From NCBI RefSeq assembly GCF_030645335.1, contig NZ_JAUSNH010000042.1, positions 25,199 through 89,198 of the forward strand: 64,000 nt of DNA. The letters are read 5' to 3'. Within the stretch, counting starts at the first letter, position 1, and each line of letters begins with the position of its first letter. This DNA is from Lacisediminimonas sp. (lineage in GTDB: Bacteria; Pseudomonadota; Gammaproteobacteria; Burkholderiales; Burkholderiaceae_D). Under the pieces are notes generated by a model that saw nothing but the letters and a program-made list of their open reading frames with translations, ran no database searches and had not been told where the DNA came from. The position numbers and the translations under genes were made by a program. Below are positions 41,902 to 51,216 of this stretch, piece by piece.

Positions 41902-43098
41902 ATGAGCAAACAACTTCAGGACGCCTACATCGTTGCGGCGACCCGCACCCCGATCGGCAAGGCGCCGCGCGGCATGTTCCGCAACGTGCGTCCGGACGAC
42001 TTGCTGGTGCGCGCAATACAATCCGCGCTGGCGCAGGTGCCGGGCCTTGACCCGACGCTGATTGAGGACGCCATCGTCGGCTGCTCGTTCCCGGAAGCCG
42101 AGCAGGGATTGAACATGGCCCGCATGGCCGTGTTGCTGGCCGGCTTGCCGCGCACGGTGGGCGGGGTTACCGTCAACCGTTATTGCGCGTCCGGCCTGAC
42201 CGCAATTGCAATGGCGGCCGACCGCATCCGCGTGGGCGAGTCCGACGTCATGATCGCCGCCGGTGCAGAGTCGATGTCGATGGTGCCGATGATGGGGCAC
42301 CACCCGTCGATGAACATGGGCATCTTCAAGGACGAGAATATCGGCATGGCCTACGGCATGGGCCTGACGGCGGAGAATGTCGCCAAACAGTGGAAGGTCA
42401 GCCGCGAGGCGCAGGATGCGTTCGCGCTGGACTCGCACATGAAGGCCATCGCCGCGCAAAAAAGCGGCGAGCGGGCCGATGAAATGACATCGGTCGACAT
42501 CATCGAAAAATTCCCCAACCTGGCAAGCGGCCAGACCGACATCGTCACCCGCACCGTGACCGACGATGAAGGCCCGCGCGCCGACACCAGCCTGGAAGCG
42601 CTGGCCAGGTTGAAGCCGGTCTTTGCCGCCAAGGGCAGCGTCACTGCCGGCAACAGTTCGCAGACCTCGGATGGCGCCGGCGCGCTGATCCTGGTCAGCG
42701 AGAAAATCCTGCGCCAGTTCAACCTGACGCCCCTGGCGCGCTTCGTGTCGTTCGCGGTGCGCGGCGTGCCGCCGGAAATCATGGGCATTGGCCCGAAGGA
42801 AGCAATTCCGGCTGCGCTATCCGCTGGCGGACTCACGCAAGACCAGATCGACTGGTTCGAGCTGAACGAAGCCTTTGCCGCACAAGCCCTGGCAGTCATG
42901 GGCGACCTCGGCATGGACCCGGCCAAAGTGAATCCGCTGGGCGGCGCCATCGCGCTGGGACATCCCCTGGGTGCCACCGGCGCTATCCGCTCGGCCACAG
43001 TGATCCATGGCATGCGTCGTCGCAATTTGAAGTACGGCATGGTGACCATGTGCGTGGGCACCGGCATGGGCGCAGCAGGGATTTTCGAACGGCTTTGA
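41902..43098 (+). CDS. Acetyl-CoA C-acyltransferase (thiolase)
   Basis: NRYCASG, NEAFA, GGAIALGHPLG, MCVGTGMG. Confidence 0.96.
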   Translation: MSKQLQDAYIVAATRTPIGKAPRGMFRNVRPDDLLVRAIQSALAQVPGLDPTLIEDAIVGCSFPEAEQGLNMARMAVLLAGLPRTVGGVTVNRYCASGLTAIAMAADRIRVGESDVMIAAGAESMSMVPMMGHHPSMNMGIFKDENIGMAYGMGLTAENVAKQWKVSREAQDAFALDSHMKAIAAQKSGERADEMTSVDIIEKFPNLASGQTDIVTRTVTDDEGPRADTSLEALARLKPVFAAKGSVTAGNSSQTSDGAGALILVSEKILRQFNLTPLARFVSFAVRGVPPEIMGIGPKEAIPAALSAGGLTQDQIDWFELNEAFAAQALAVMGDLGMDPAKVNPLGGAIALGHPLGATGAIRSATVIHGMRRRNLKYGMVTMCVGTGMGAAGIFERL

Positions 43099-43200
43099 CC
43101 TGATGCGCAGTCGGCAATCGATGGTCGGCAATGCAAGGTTCTGCGCCTTGGCAATCAAGGCCATGCAAGCCCCGTCGGGCGGCCTTCAAATGGAGATGGA

Positions 43201-43965
43201 ATGAGCATTGCGACCAGCAAGCAAGACGGCATACTGACCATCGAGTTCGATCGCCCGGAGCGCAAGAACGCCATCACCGTGGCGATGTACCAGTTGATGG
43301 CGGACGCCATCGCGCAGGGCGAGCGTGATCCGGAAGTGCGGGTCCTGCTGATTTGTGGCAAGCCCGACATGTTCACCGCCGGCAATGACCTGGAAGATTT
43401 CCTGGGTGCGCCGCCGCCCGGGCTCGACAGCCCGGTGTTTGCTTTCATGCGCACGCTGTCGCAAGCCAGCAAGCCCGTTGTTGCCGCCGTTGCCGGACCC
43501 GCGGTAGGAATAGGCACCACCATGCTCCTGCATTGCGACATGGTGTACGCCGCCGACAATGCACTGTTCTCCATGCCGTTTGCGCAACTGGGCGTCTGTC
43601 CGGAATTCGCCTCCAGCATGGTGCTGCCGCAAATTGCCGGCTATCAGCGGGCCGCAGAACTGCTGATGCTGGGCGAAACCTTCACTGCTGCACAGGCGTG
43701 TCAGATGGGTATGGTCAACAAGGTCGTGCCCGGTGCTGAACTGATGCCCTACGCACGCAGCAAGGCGCTGGCGCTGGTTGCGCTGCCGCCGTCGTCGCTG
43801 CGCATCACCAAGCAACTGATGAAGAGCGCCCAAAGTGCGACCGTCCAGAAGGTAATCGCCGACGAGGGCCGGCACTTCAGCGCCATGCTGGGTGCGCCCG
43901 AGGCAAAGGAAGCCTTCACCGCCTTCTTTCAAAAGCGCAAGCCGGATTTCAGCAGGTTTGACTGA
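43201..43965 (+). CDS. Enoyl-CoA hydratase/isomerase
   Basis: RPERKNAI, FTAGNDL, AVGIGTTMLLHCD, LGVCPEFASS. Confidence 0.93.
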   Translation: MSIATSKQDGILTIEFDRPERKNAITVAMYQLMADAIAQGERDPEVRVLLICGKPDMFTAGNDLEDFLGAPPPGLDSPVFAFMRTLSQASKPVVAAVAGPAVGIGTTMLLHCDMVYAADNALFSMPFAQLGVCPEFASSMVLPQIAGYQRAAELLMLGETFTAAQACQMGMVNKVVPGAELMPYARSKALALVALPPSSLRITKQLMKSAQSATVQKVIADEGRHFSAMLGAPEAKEAFTAFFQKRKPDFSRFD

Positions 43966-44181
43966 AGAACTGGTGTTTGGCATTAGCCGATACCTGGGCT
44001 CGAGTTCGTTCGCTGGCCTGACAGGTTAAGCCGGCATCGCCACTCTACCGATCACTTGTTCGATCAGCGGGCAAGTCAAATTTTCCGGCACTAATACTTT
44101 CAAAATCTCCCATAAATATGGCGTTCGCCATTTGAAAATTTTCATTATCTTGCCTGTCGTGATCAATTCATTCCATCGCAG

Positions 44182-45033
44182 ATGAAACCGACCAAGCAAG
44201 CCCGTAACCGCCCCGTTTTCCCGCAAGGCCATGCCGCCAATTTTCCGGCATCAACTGCGCCTGATCCGGGCGCCGTGCCGCTGGCTGGCCGGCGTCGCAA
44301 AGGAGATGTGGTGCTCGATCGTGTCTGCTTTGGTTATGGCGACGAGGGGCCCTCCTTGTTTGAATCGCTCTGCATGCAGGTCAAGGCCGGCGAAATGACG
44401 GCCATCATCGGCCCGCCGGGATGCGGCAAGAGCACGCTGATCCGGATGATCTGCGGCCTTTATTCGCCGAGTTCCGGGCGCGTCAGGGTGACAGGAGCAG
44501 CGTGTGCCGGTTCGCGTCGGTCGCCGGGCAGCGGGGTTGCCCTTATCCCCCGCGAGCCGATGCTGTTCCCGGGATCTTTGCTCGACAACCTGTACCTGGC
44601 AGCCCCGTCCGCCGACACGGCCAGCATCGGGCAGGCCTGCCGGCTGGCGAACGTGGCGATGATTCCCGAAGGCGTTCCGGCATGCGGCCATCCCGACATT
44701 GGTGCGGGCGGGGCTTATCTGTCGCCTGGCCAGCGCTGCCTCATCGGTATTGCCCGGGCACTGCTCAAGGGGCCCGATGTACTGATCCTGGACGACACTT
44801 TCGCCGGACTGCGCGCAACTTGCAGGAAGCGGCTGCTGGACACGATCAACGGCCTGAAAGGCCGGATCACGGTGATCGTCACTGCACGCCGCCTGCCGGC
44901 CGGGCTTGATATCGACACGGTTTATCGGCTGGGGTCGGACCGGGCGATTCGCCTGTCCGTGATCCGGGGCAGGGCGCCGGCGGACGGGCCACTTGCGCGG
45001 CGCGGCCTGAAACGCGCTGGCAGCACCGGTTAG
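44182..45033 (+). CDS. Stand-alone ABC nucleotide-binding domain with degenerate catalytic motifs (possible pseudogene)
   Basis: Walker A GPPGCGKST is intact; signature LSPGQ, Walker B ILDD, IGIARALLK. No TM domain. Start uncertain. Confidence 0.65.
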   Translation: MKPTKQARNRPVFPQGHAANFPASTAPDPGAVPLAGRRRKGDVVLDRVCFGYGDEGPSLFESLCMQVKAGEMTAIIGPPGCGKSTLIRMICGLYSPSSGRVRVTGAACAGSRRSPGSGVALIPREPMLFPGSLLDNLYLAAPSADTASIGQACRLANVAMIPEGVPACGHPDIGAGGAYLSPGQRCLIGIARALLKGPDVLILDDTFAGLRATCRKRLLDTINGLKGRITVIVTARRLPAGLDIDTVYRLGSDRAIRLSVIRGRAPADGPLARRGLKRAGSTG

Positions 45034-45060
45034 CAGCGGCGGTGCGATACAATGACCATC

Positions 45061-45402
45061 GAAGCAAGCCAGACAGCCGCTGGCGTGAATGCAAATTCAC
45101 GCGGGAGGAAGGTCCGGACTCCACAGAGCAGGGTGACGGCTAACGACCGTCCGCCGTGAGGCGCGGAACAGGGCCACAGAGACGAGTCTTCGGGAGCGCG
45201 GCGCAAGCCGGTAACGCTCACGAAGGGTGAAACGCGGTAACCTCCACCCGGAGCAATTCCAAATAGGCACGCGATGATGCTGCTCGCGGAGCGTGCGGGT
45301 AGGAAGCTCGAGCCTGTGAGCAATCACAGGCCTAGATGAATGGCTGTCATAGCGCGTGGTTCGCTGCGCGCCGTAACAGAATCCGGCCTATCGGCTTGCT
45401 TC
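45061..45402 (+). ncRNA. rnpB: RNase P RNA (type A)
   Basis: GAGGAAGGTCCGGACT near the 5' end and ACAGAATCCGGCCTAT near the 3' end; complementary termini GAAGCAAGCC/GGCTTGCTTC. TACAAT -10 at 45048-45053. Confidence 0.97.
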
Positions 45403-45604
45403 GTTTTTATTTTCCCGGTCTGGTGCCGGCGGGCATTTGTCTGCACATCGACTTTACCCCGGTCGGCCCTGGCGATTGGCCAAGGCTTTATCTTTCCGTT
45501 GTGAATCCCTGCTGCTGCCGCCCTGAACGGCGGTGAGGTCGATTCCTACAGCCTAGTTGACGGCTCGCAATGCCGGTTTTGTCGCCGCAGCTACAATCTG
45601 TTCC

Positions 45605-45703
45605 AGAGAGTGTGGCGGCCGTGGGACGGGACCAGCGGGAGCGACGCCAGGCGGCATCACAGCATCTTGTTGCCATTCCATCCCACGACCACCACACTCT
45701 TTT
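45605..45703 (+). ncRNA. Candidate rod-like hairpin sRNA (unassigned)
   Basis: 25-bp outer stem plus inner stems; TACAAT 7 nt upstream; TCTTTT at the 3' end. See findings. Confidence 0.45.
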
Positions 45704-45871
45704 CCTGTTGCCGGACAGATCACACTGTCCCGACCAGCCTTGCGCTGAAACCGGGCTTCTACCGTTGAAATGCCCCGCATGGCTCACGTTTGCCACACGC
45801 ATTGCCGCGGCATTGTGACGATTCGCCGAAGCATTATAGAATGCAGGGTTCCCAATCAACCGGCATAGCCC

Positions 45872-46363
45872 ATGCATTGGTACGTGATCCACACCAAGCC
45901 CAGGCAGGAGCGGCGCGCCTGGCAAAACCTGGTCCAGCAGGGGTATGAGTGTTATCTGCCGCTGATGCCGCGGATGAAGCTGCGCGCTGGCGATGCCGCC
46001 ATCGTCGAAGAGCCCCTGTTCCCGCGCTACTTGTTCGTGCAACTCGACGACAGCCTGACCGGCAAGGGATGGGCGCCGATCCGATCGACCAAGGGCGTCA
46101 GCCGGCTGGTCACCTTCGGCGCCGAGCCGGCCACGGTGTCCGATGATCTTCTCGGCGCGCTACGGCGCCGGCAGGACGCGGCGCGGCCCGCACCGCTGTA
46201 TGCCGCAGGCGACCAGGTCCGCATTGCGACCGGCGCCTTCTCGGGCCTGGACGCGGTTTATTTGATGGACGACGGGGAACGGCGCGCAATGGTGTTGATC
46301 GAGTTGCTGAACCGGCCGCTGACCGTCAATGTGCCGCGGGCCATCGTCCGCAAGATTGCCTGA
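45872..46363 (+). CDS. rfaH: Transcription antiterminator RfaH (NusG paralog)
   Basis: WYVIHTKPRQE, EPLFPRYLFV, IRSTKGVSRLVTFG, C-terminal KOW-like GDQVRI..GAFSG. Confidence 0.88.
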   Translation: MHWYVIHTKPRQERRAWQNLVQQGYECYLPLMPRMKLRAGDAAIVEEPLFPRYLFVQLDDSLTGKGWAPIRSTKGVSRLVTFGAEPATVSDDLLGALRRRQDAARPAPLYAAGDQVRIATGAFSGLDAVYLMDDGERRAMVLIELLNRPLTVNVPRAIVRKIA

Positions 46364-46529
46364 CCGGCGCTTGCCGGCAACGCCAGCAAATGGCCGGAGT
46401 GTGCCGTGCACCAGTGCATGCAAAACCCGCCGCCTGCCGCTGCTGTGGCGCACTCCTCGCCGCACCATCACTATTCAACCCCGTGGCCGGCCGCGTTCTG
46501 GAGGCTTCGGATTCCATGCAAAGAAAATC

Positions 46530-47507
46530 GTGAAAATATTGGTTACCGGTGCAAACGGGTTTGTCGGCCGCGCTCTGGTTGCGCACTTTCTCGATCTCGG
46601 CCACACCGTCCGGGCCACCGGCCGGGCCGCGCAGGTCAAACAAGGCGGTCCCGAATCCCGACCTGGATTGGAGTACCTGGGAGGTTATGATTTCGATGTC
46701 GATGCGAACTGGATGCCGGCGCTCGCCGGCGTGGACGTCATCGTGCACGCCGCAGCCCGCGTCCATCATCCCGATGCCGGGCATGCCTCAGCCCTGCCCG
46801 CATTCAGGCAAGTCAATACGCGTGCAACGCTGGACCTGGCCAGCCAGGCCCGGCAGGCCGGTGTGCGACGATTCATCTTCATTTCGTCGGTCAAGGTGCT
46901 TGGCGAGAGTACTGCGACGGGCGCGCCTTTCCGGGCCGACGACCCGCCCCGACCGATCGATGGCTACGGCATCTCCAAGCATGAGGCCGAGCAAGGCTTG
47001 CTCGGCATGGCACAAAGTGGCGGCATGGAAGTCACCATCATCCGTCCGCCGCTGGTCTACGGACCTGGTGTGCGGGCAAACTTCCGCAGCATGATGAAGT
47101 GGCTTGGCATGGGCATTCCTTTGCCCCTTGGCAGCATAAGCAACCGCCGCAGCCTGGTGGGACTGGGCAACCTGGTGGACCTGATCGGTGTTTGCCTGGA
47201 CCATCCCGGCGCGCGCAACCAGGTATTCATGGCCGCTGACGGCGCCGACCTGTCCACACCCGAGTTGCTGCGGCACACGGCGCAGGCCCTGGGCCGCCGG
47301 GCGCATTTGTTGCCGGTGCCGGTTTCCTGGCTGCGGCTTGGTGCAAGCCTGCTCGGCAAACAGGACATGTTGCAAAGGCTGTGCGAGTCCTTGCAAGTCG
47401 ACATCGAAAAAAACCGGCAATTGCTGGGTTGGACGCCACCCAATACGGTCGACCAGGAATTGGCCCGCACTGCGGCAGCATTCCTGCGTGAAGCGAGCCA
47501 GCCGTGA
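46530..47507 (+). CDS. NAD-dependent nucleotide-sugar epimerase/4-reductase (WbpV-like)
   Basis: ILVTGANGFVG, HAAARVH, YGISK, RPPLVYGPG; GTG start. Confidence 0.88.
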   Translation: MKILVTGANGFVGRALVAHFLDLGHTVRATGRAAQVKQGGPESRPGLEYLGGYDFDVDANWMPALAGVDVIVHAAARVHHPDAGHASALPAFRQVNTRATLDLASQARQAGVRRFIFISSVKVLGESTATGAPFRADDPPRPIDGYGISKHEAEQGLLGMAQSGGMEVTIIRPPLVYGPGVRANFRSMMKWLGMGIPLPLGSISNRRSLVGLGNLVDLIGVCLDHPGARNQVFMAADGADLSTPELLRHTAQALGRRAHLLPVPVSWLRLGASLLGKQDMLQRLCESLQVDIEKNRQLLGWTPPNTVDQELARTAAAFLREASQP

Positions 47508-48064
47508 AGCGCGCCGTCGATCTGTTGTTGTTTGCTGCGGCCAGCATCGTGTTGTGCTTGCCGGTGGCGCTGGTTGCCCTACTGGTGCGATGCACGTCCC
47601 CGGGGCCGGTGCTGTACTGGTCCGACCGCGTGGGCCGCAACAATGCGCTTTTCCGGATGCCAAAGTTCCGCACCATGCGGGTGGATACGCCGGAGGTCGC
47701 CACCCACCTGCTGGCCGATCCTGCCCGCTGGCTGACGCCGGTGGGCGGCTTGCTGCGGCGTTCCAGCCTGGACGAATTACCGCAGTTATGGAGTATCCTC
47801 GCTGGACACATGAGTTTTGTCGGGCCGCGGCCGGCATTGCATAACCAGCACGACTTGATCGCGTTGCGAACGCAATCCGGCGTCCATCGGCTGGTGCCCG
47901 GATTGACCGGCTGGGCCCAGGTGAATGGTCGCGACGAATTGTCGATCGAAGAAAAGGTACGGCTCGACGCGGAGTACCTCAAGCGCCAGTCGCTGGCCTT
48001 CGATATCCGGATTTTATGGCTGACATTCTTGCAAGTCATCCGTCGCCACGGCGTGTCTCATTGA
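47504..48064 (+). CDS. Initiating undecaprenyl-phosphate phosphoglycosyltransferase (PglC-like)
   Basis: KRAVDL, KFRTM, SLDELPQL, MSFVGPRP, PGLTGWAQVNGR. Confidence 0.92.
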   Translation: MKRAVDLLLFAAASIVLCLPVALVALLVRCTSPGPVLYWSDRVGRNNALFRMPKFRTMRVDTPEVATHLLADPARWLTPVGGLLRRSSLDELPQLWSILAGHMSFVGPRPALHNQHDLIALRTQSGVHRLVPGLTGWAQVNGRDELSIEEKVRLDAEYLKRQSLAFDIRILWLTFLQVIRRHGVSH

Positions 48065-48095
48065 ACATCTGCTCCTGCTAGCGCAAACTACATTT

Positions 48096-50060
48096 ATGCC
48101 CTTTACCGACTCCGCAGCCTCCTTGCTCGCCTTGCCCCGTTTATCGAAGCGCCTGCTGGTGGCGTCGGTAGACGCCAGCCTGTGCGTGCTGACGGTCTGG
48201 CTGGCCTATTGCCTGCGACTGGAAAGCTGGCACAGCCTGACCGGCCTGCAGTGGTTGCCGGTCATTGCTTCGGTCGTGATTGCGCTGCCCGTGTTCATCC
48301 GCTTCGGGCTGTATCGCGCCATCTTCCGCTATGCCGGCTGGCCTGCCATGGTGACGGTGCTCAAGGCGATCGGCGTCTACACCTTGTTTTTCATTACGAT
48401 GTTTACCGCCATCGGCATTGAAGGCGTTCCGCGCACCATCGGCCTGATCCAGCCGGTACTGTTGCTGCTGGCGGTGGCGACCACGCGCTTGCTGGCGCGC
48501 TACTGGTTGGGCGGCTTGTACCGCAGCACGCTGATCCGCTACGCCAGGCCCAAGGTTCTGATTTATGGCGCTGGTTCGGCTGGTCGCCAGTTGGCCGCCG
48601 CCTTGCGCAACAGTGCGGAAATGGAAGTCGCCGGTTTCCTCGATGACGACAGCCGCTTGCATGGCAACGTACTGAACGCGCTGGCGATCTACAGCCCGGC
48701 GGACCTGCCCGGCCTGGTCGAAACGCTCAAGATCAGCCTGGTGCTGCTGGCCATGCCCTCGGCATCGCGCAAGCGTCGCAATGAAATCCTGCACCTGATG
48801 CTGGAATCCAGGGTCTCGGTGCGTACGCTGCCTGGCGTGATGGAACTGGCGCAGGGGCGGGTCAGCACGACCGACCTGCGTGAACTGGACATTGAAGACT
48901 TGTTGGGGCGTGACCCGGTCTCGCCAAACCATATCCTGCTGGGCAAGAATATCCGCGGCAAGGTGGTGCTGGTGACCGGCGCCGGCGGATCGATCGGTAG
49001 CGAGCTGTGCCGGCAAATCATTGCGCTGGCGCCCGCCACGCTGCTATTGATCGAGCAAAGCGAGTTTGCGCTGTATGAGGTGCACCAGGACCTGGTGCAA
49101 AAGCTGGCACGGGTGGAAGAGGGCCAGTCAGTGCGGCTGGTGCCGCTGCTGGCATCGGTGCGCGACGAGGATCGCATCCGTGAAGTGATGGATGCCTGGC
49201 GGCCGAACACTGTCTACCACGCCGCCGCCTACAAGCATGTTCCGCTGGTCGAGCACAACCCCGCCGAGGGCGTGAAAAACAATGTGTGGGGCACCTGGAT
49301 CACTGCCAGGGCCGCTGTGGAATTCGGCGTCCAGGATTTCGTGCTGATCAGCACCGACAAGGCAGTGCGGCCAACCAACATCATGGGGGCCAGCAAGCGG
49401 CTGGCGGAAATCGTGCTGCAAGCGATGGCGGACAATTCGGGTGCGACCAAGCTGTCGATGGTGCGATTTGGCAATGTGCTGGGTTCGTCCGGCTCCGTGG
49501 TGCCGAAGTTTCGCCAGCAGATCAAGGACGGCGGGCCGATCACGCTGACCCACGCCGACATCACCCGCTATTTCATGACGATCCCCGAAGCGGCGCAACT
49601 GGTGATCCAGGCCGGCGCCATGGCCCGGGGCGGCGACGTGTTCGTACTCGACATGGGGGAGCCGGTGCGCATCATCGACCTGGCGCGCCGCATGGTCGAG
49701 CTGTCCGGACTGGAGGTCAAGGACGACGACAACCCTGACGGGGAAATCGAGATCCAGATCATGGGCTTGCGGCCGGGTGAAAAACTGTACGAGGAACTGC
49801 TGATCGGCGACAACCCGGAAGCCACTTCCCATCCCCGCATCATGAAGGCCCATGAGGACTATCTTGCGTTTGACGTCCTGGAAGGCAAGCTCAATGCGCT
49901 GCGCGTGGCGCTCGACGTCAATGACGTCGGCGTGGTGCGCATGATGCTGTCGCAACTGATCACTGGATATCAGGCCAGTGGCGATATCGTGGACTGGGTC
50001 CACATGGAGCAGGAAGCGGACTACAGCCGTAGCGGCCCGGTCAATGAGGCGCTGTCCTGA
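48096..50060 (+). CDS. Membrane-bound UDP-GlcNAc 4,6-dehydratase (WbpM/PglF/CapD family)
   Basis: N-terminal TMs, IYGAGSAG, VTGAGGSIGSELC, STDKAV, RFGNVLGSSGSV, GLRPGEKLYEEL. Confidence 0.93.
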   Translation: MPFTDSAASLLALPRLSKRLLVASVDASLCVLTVWLAYCLRLESWHSLTGLQWLPVIASVVIALPVFIRFGLYRAIFRYAGWPAMVTVLKAIGVYTLFFITMFTAIGIEGVPRTIGLIQPVLLLLAVATTRLLARYWLGGLYRSTLIRYARPKVLIYGAGSAGRQLAAALRNSAEMEVAGFLDDDSRLHGNVLNALAIYSPADLPGLVETLKISLVLLAMPSASRKRRNEILHLMLESRVSVRTLPGVMELAQGRVSTTDLRELDIEDLLGRDPVSPNHILLGKNIRGKVVLVTGAGGSIGSELCRQIIALAPATLLLIEQSEFALYEVHQDLVQKLARVEEGQSVRLVPLLASVRDEDRIREVMDAWRPNTVYHAAAYKHVPLVEHNPAEGVKNNVWGTWITARAAVEFGVQDFVLISTDKAVRPTNIMGASKRLAEIVLQAMADNSGATKLSMVRFGNVLGSSGSVVPKFRQQIKDGGPITLTHADITRYFMTIPEAAQLVIQAGAMARGGDVFVLDMGEPVRIIDLARRMVELSGLEVKDDDNPDGEIEIQIMGLRPGEKLYEELLIGDNPEATSHPRIMKAHEDYLAFDVLEGKLNALRVALDVNDVGVVRMMLSQLITGYQASGDIVDWVHMEQEADYSRSGPVNEALS

Positions 50061-50085
50061 CCATCAGGACAGCGCGGTGCATCGC

Positions 50086-51216
50086 TCAGACCGGTTTGGA
50101 CCAGACCGTGCGGTTCACGTAATCGACATAGCTGACCACTACGCGCAGCAACTGTTTGGACACCGCGTGCGATTCATAGTCTGCGACAGGCGCAGTGACG
50201 TGTTTGGTCCGGTCGTGCTGCGCAATGATGATCCTGACCGCATCCAGCACCCGATCCTTTTTCAGGCCGGCCATGATCAATGTGCCCACATCCATGCCTT
50301 CCGGACGCTCATGGGCATTCCTGATCGTAATCGCAGGCAAATTCAGTAGCGATCCCTCTTCCGTAATGGTGCCGCTGTCGGAGACCACGCACAGCGACTC
50401 CATCTGCAGCTTGATGTAATCGCAGAAACCGAAGGGCTTGAGAAACTGGATATGCGAGCTCAGCTTGCCCAGGTCCAGCGCATCGAGGCGTTTTTTCGTG
50501 CGCGGATGGGTGGAAACAATCACTGGTACGTCATAGCTTTCAGCCAGCGCGTTCAGGGTTTCGACCATGTCCAGCAGGTTTTGCGGGGTATCGACATTTT
50601 CTTCGCGGTGCGCGCTGACGATGAAGTACCGACCCTGCTCCAGGTTCATGCGCTGCAACACGTCCGAGGCTTCGATCTTCGGCATGTAATGGTCCAGCAC
50701 CTCGCGCATGTGCGAGCCGGTCTTGATGATGGTTTCGGGCGGGATGCCTTCGGCGATCAGGTAACGGCGGGCATGCTCGGTCAGAACGAGATTGATGTCG
50801 CTGAGATGGTCGAGTACCTTGCGATTGAGCTCTTCAGGCACGCGCTGGTCGAAGCAACGATTGCCCGCCTCCATGTGAAACACCGGAATCTTGCGGCGTT
50901 TGGCGGCGATCACCGCCAGGCAGGAGTTTGTATCGCCATAAAGCATGACGGCGTCAGGGATCTCTAGCGCCATCACTGCATCGGATTTTTCGATGACCCT
51001 GGCGATGGTTTGCGCGGCAGTCTCGCCGACAGCTTCCAGAAAATGATCCGGCTTGCGAATGCCGAGATCGTCAAAAAAAACCTGATTCAGCTCGTAGTCG
51101 TAGTTCTGACCGGTATGGACCAGGATGTGCTGAGTGTGACGATCGAATTCGGCAATTACCCGACTCATTTTAATAAGTTCCGGGCGCGTGCCGACTATGG
51201 TCATGACTTTAAGCAC
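50086..51216 (-). CDS. Non-hydrolysing UDP-HexNAc 2-epimerase (FnlC/QnlB type)
   Basis: VGTRPELIK, HTGQNYD, GDTNS, HMEAGNR, DSGTITEE. Confidence 0.92.
   Translation of the reverse strand: MLKVMTIVGTRPELIKMSRVIAEFDRHTQHILVHTGQNYDYELNQVFFDDLGIRKPDHFLEAVGETAAQTIARVIEKSDAVMALEIPDAVMLYGDTNSCLAVIAAKRRKIPVFHMEAGNRCFDQRVPEELNRKVLDHLSDINLVLTEHARRYLIAEGIPPETIIKTGSHMREVLDHYMPKIEASDVLQRMNLEQGRYFIVSAHREENVDTPQNLLDMVETLNALAESYDVPVIVSTHPRTKKRLDALDLGKLSSHIQFLKPFGFCDYIKLQMESLCVVSDSGTITEEGSLLNLPAITIRNAHERPEGMDVGTLIMAGLKKDRVLDAVRIIIAQHDRTKHVTAPVADYESHAVSKQLLRVVVSYVDYVNRTVWSKPV

Noticed and set aside
45488-45818. Small ORFs on both strands sharing ECGGRG/PRPPHS peptides
   Set aside because: The shared peptides are a by-product of the DNA inverted repeat; no RBS or coding signal.
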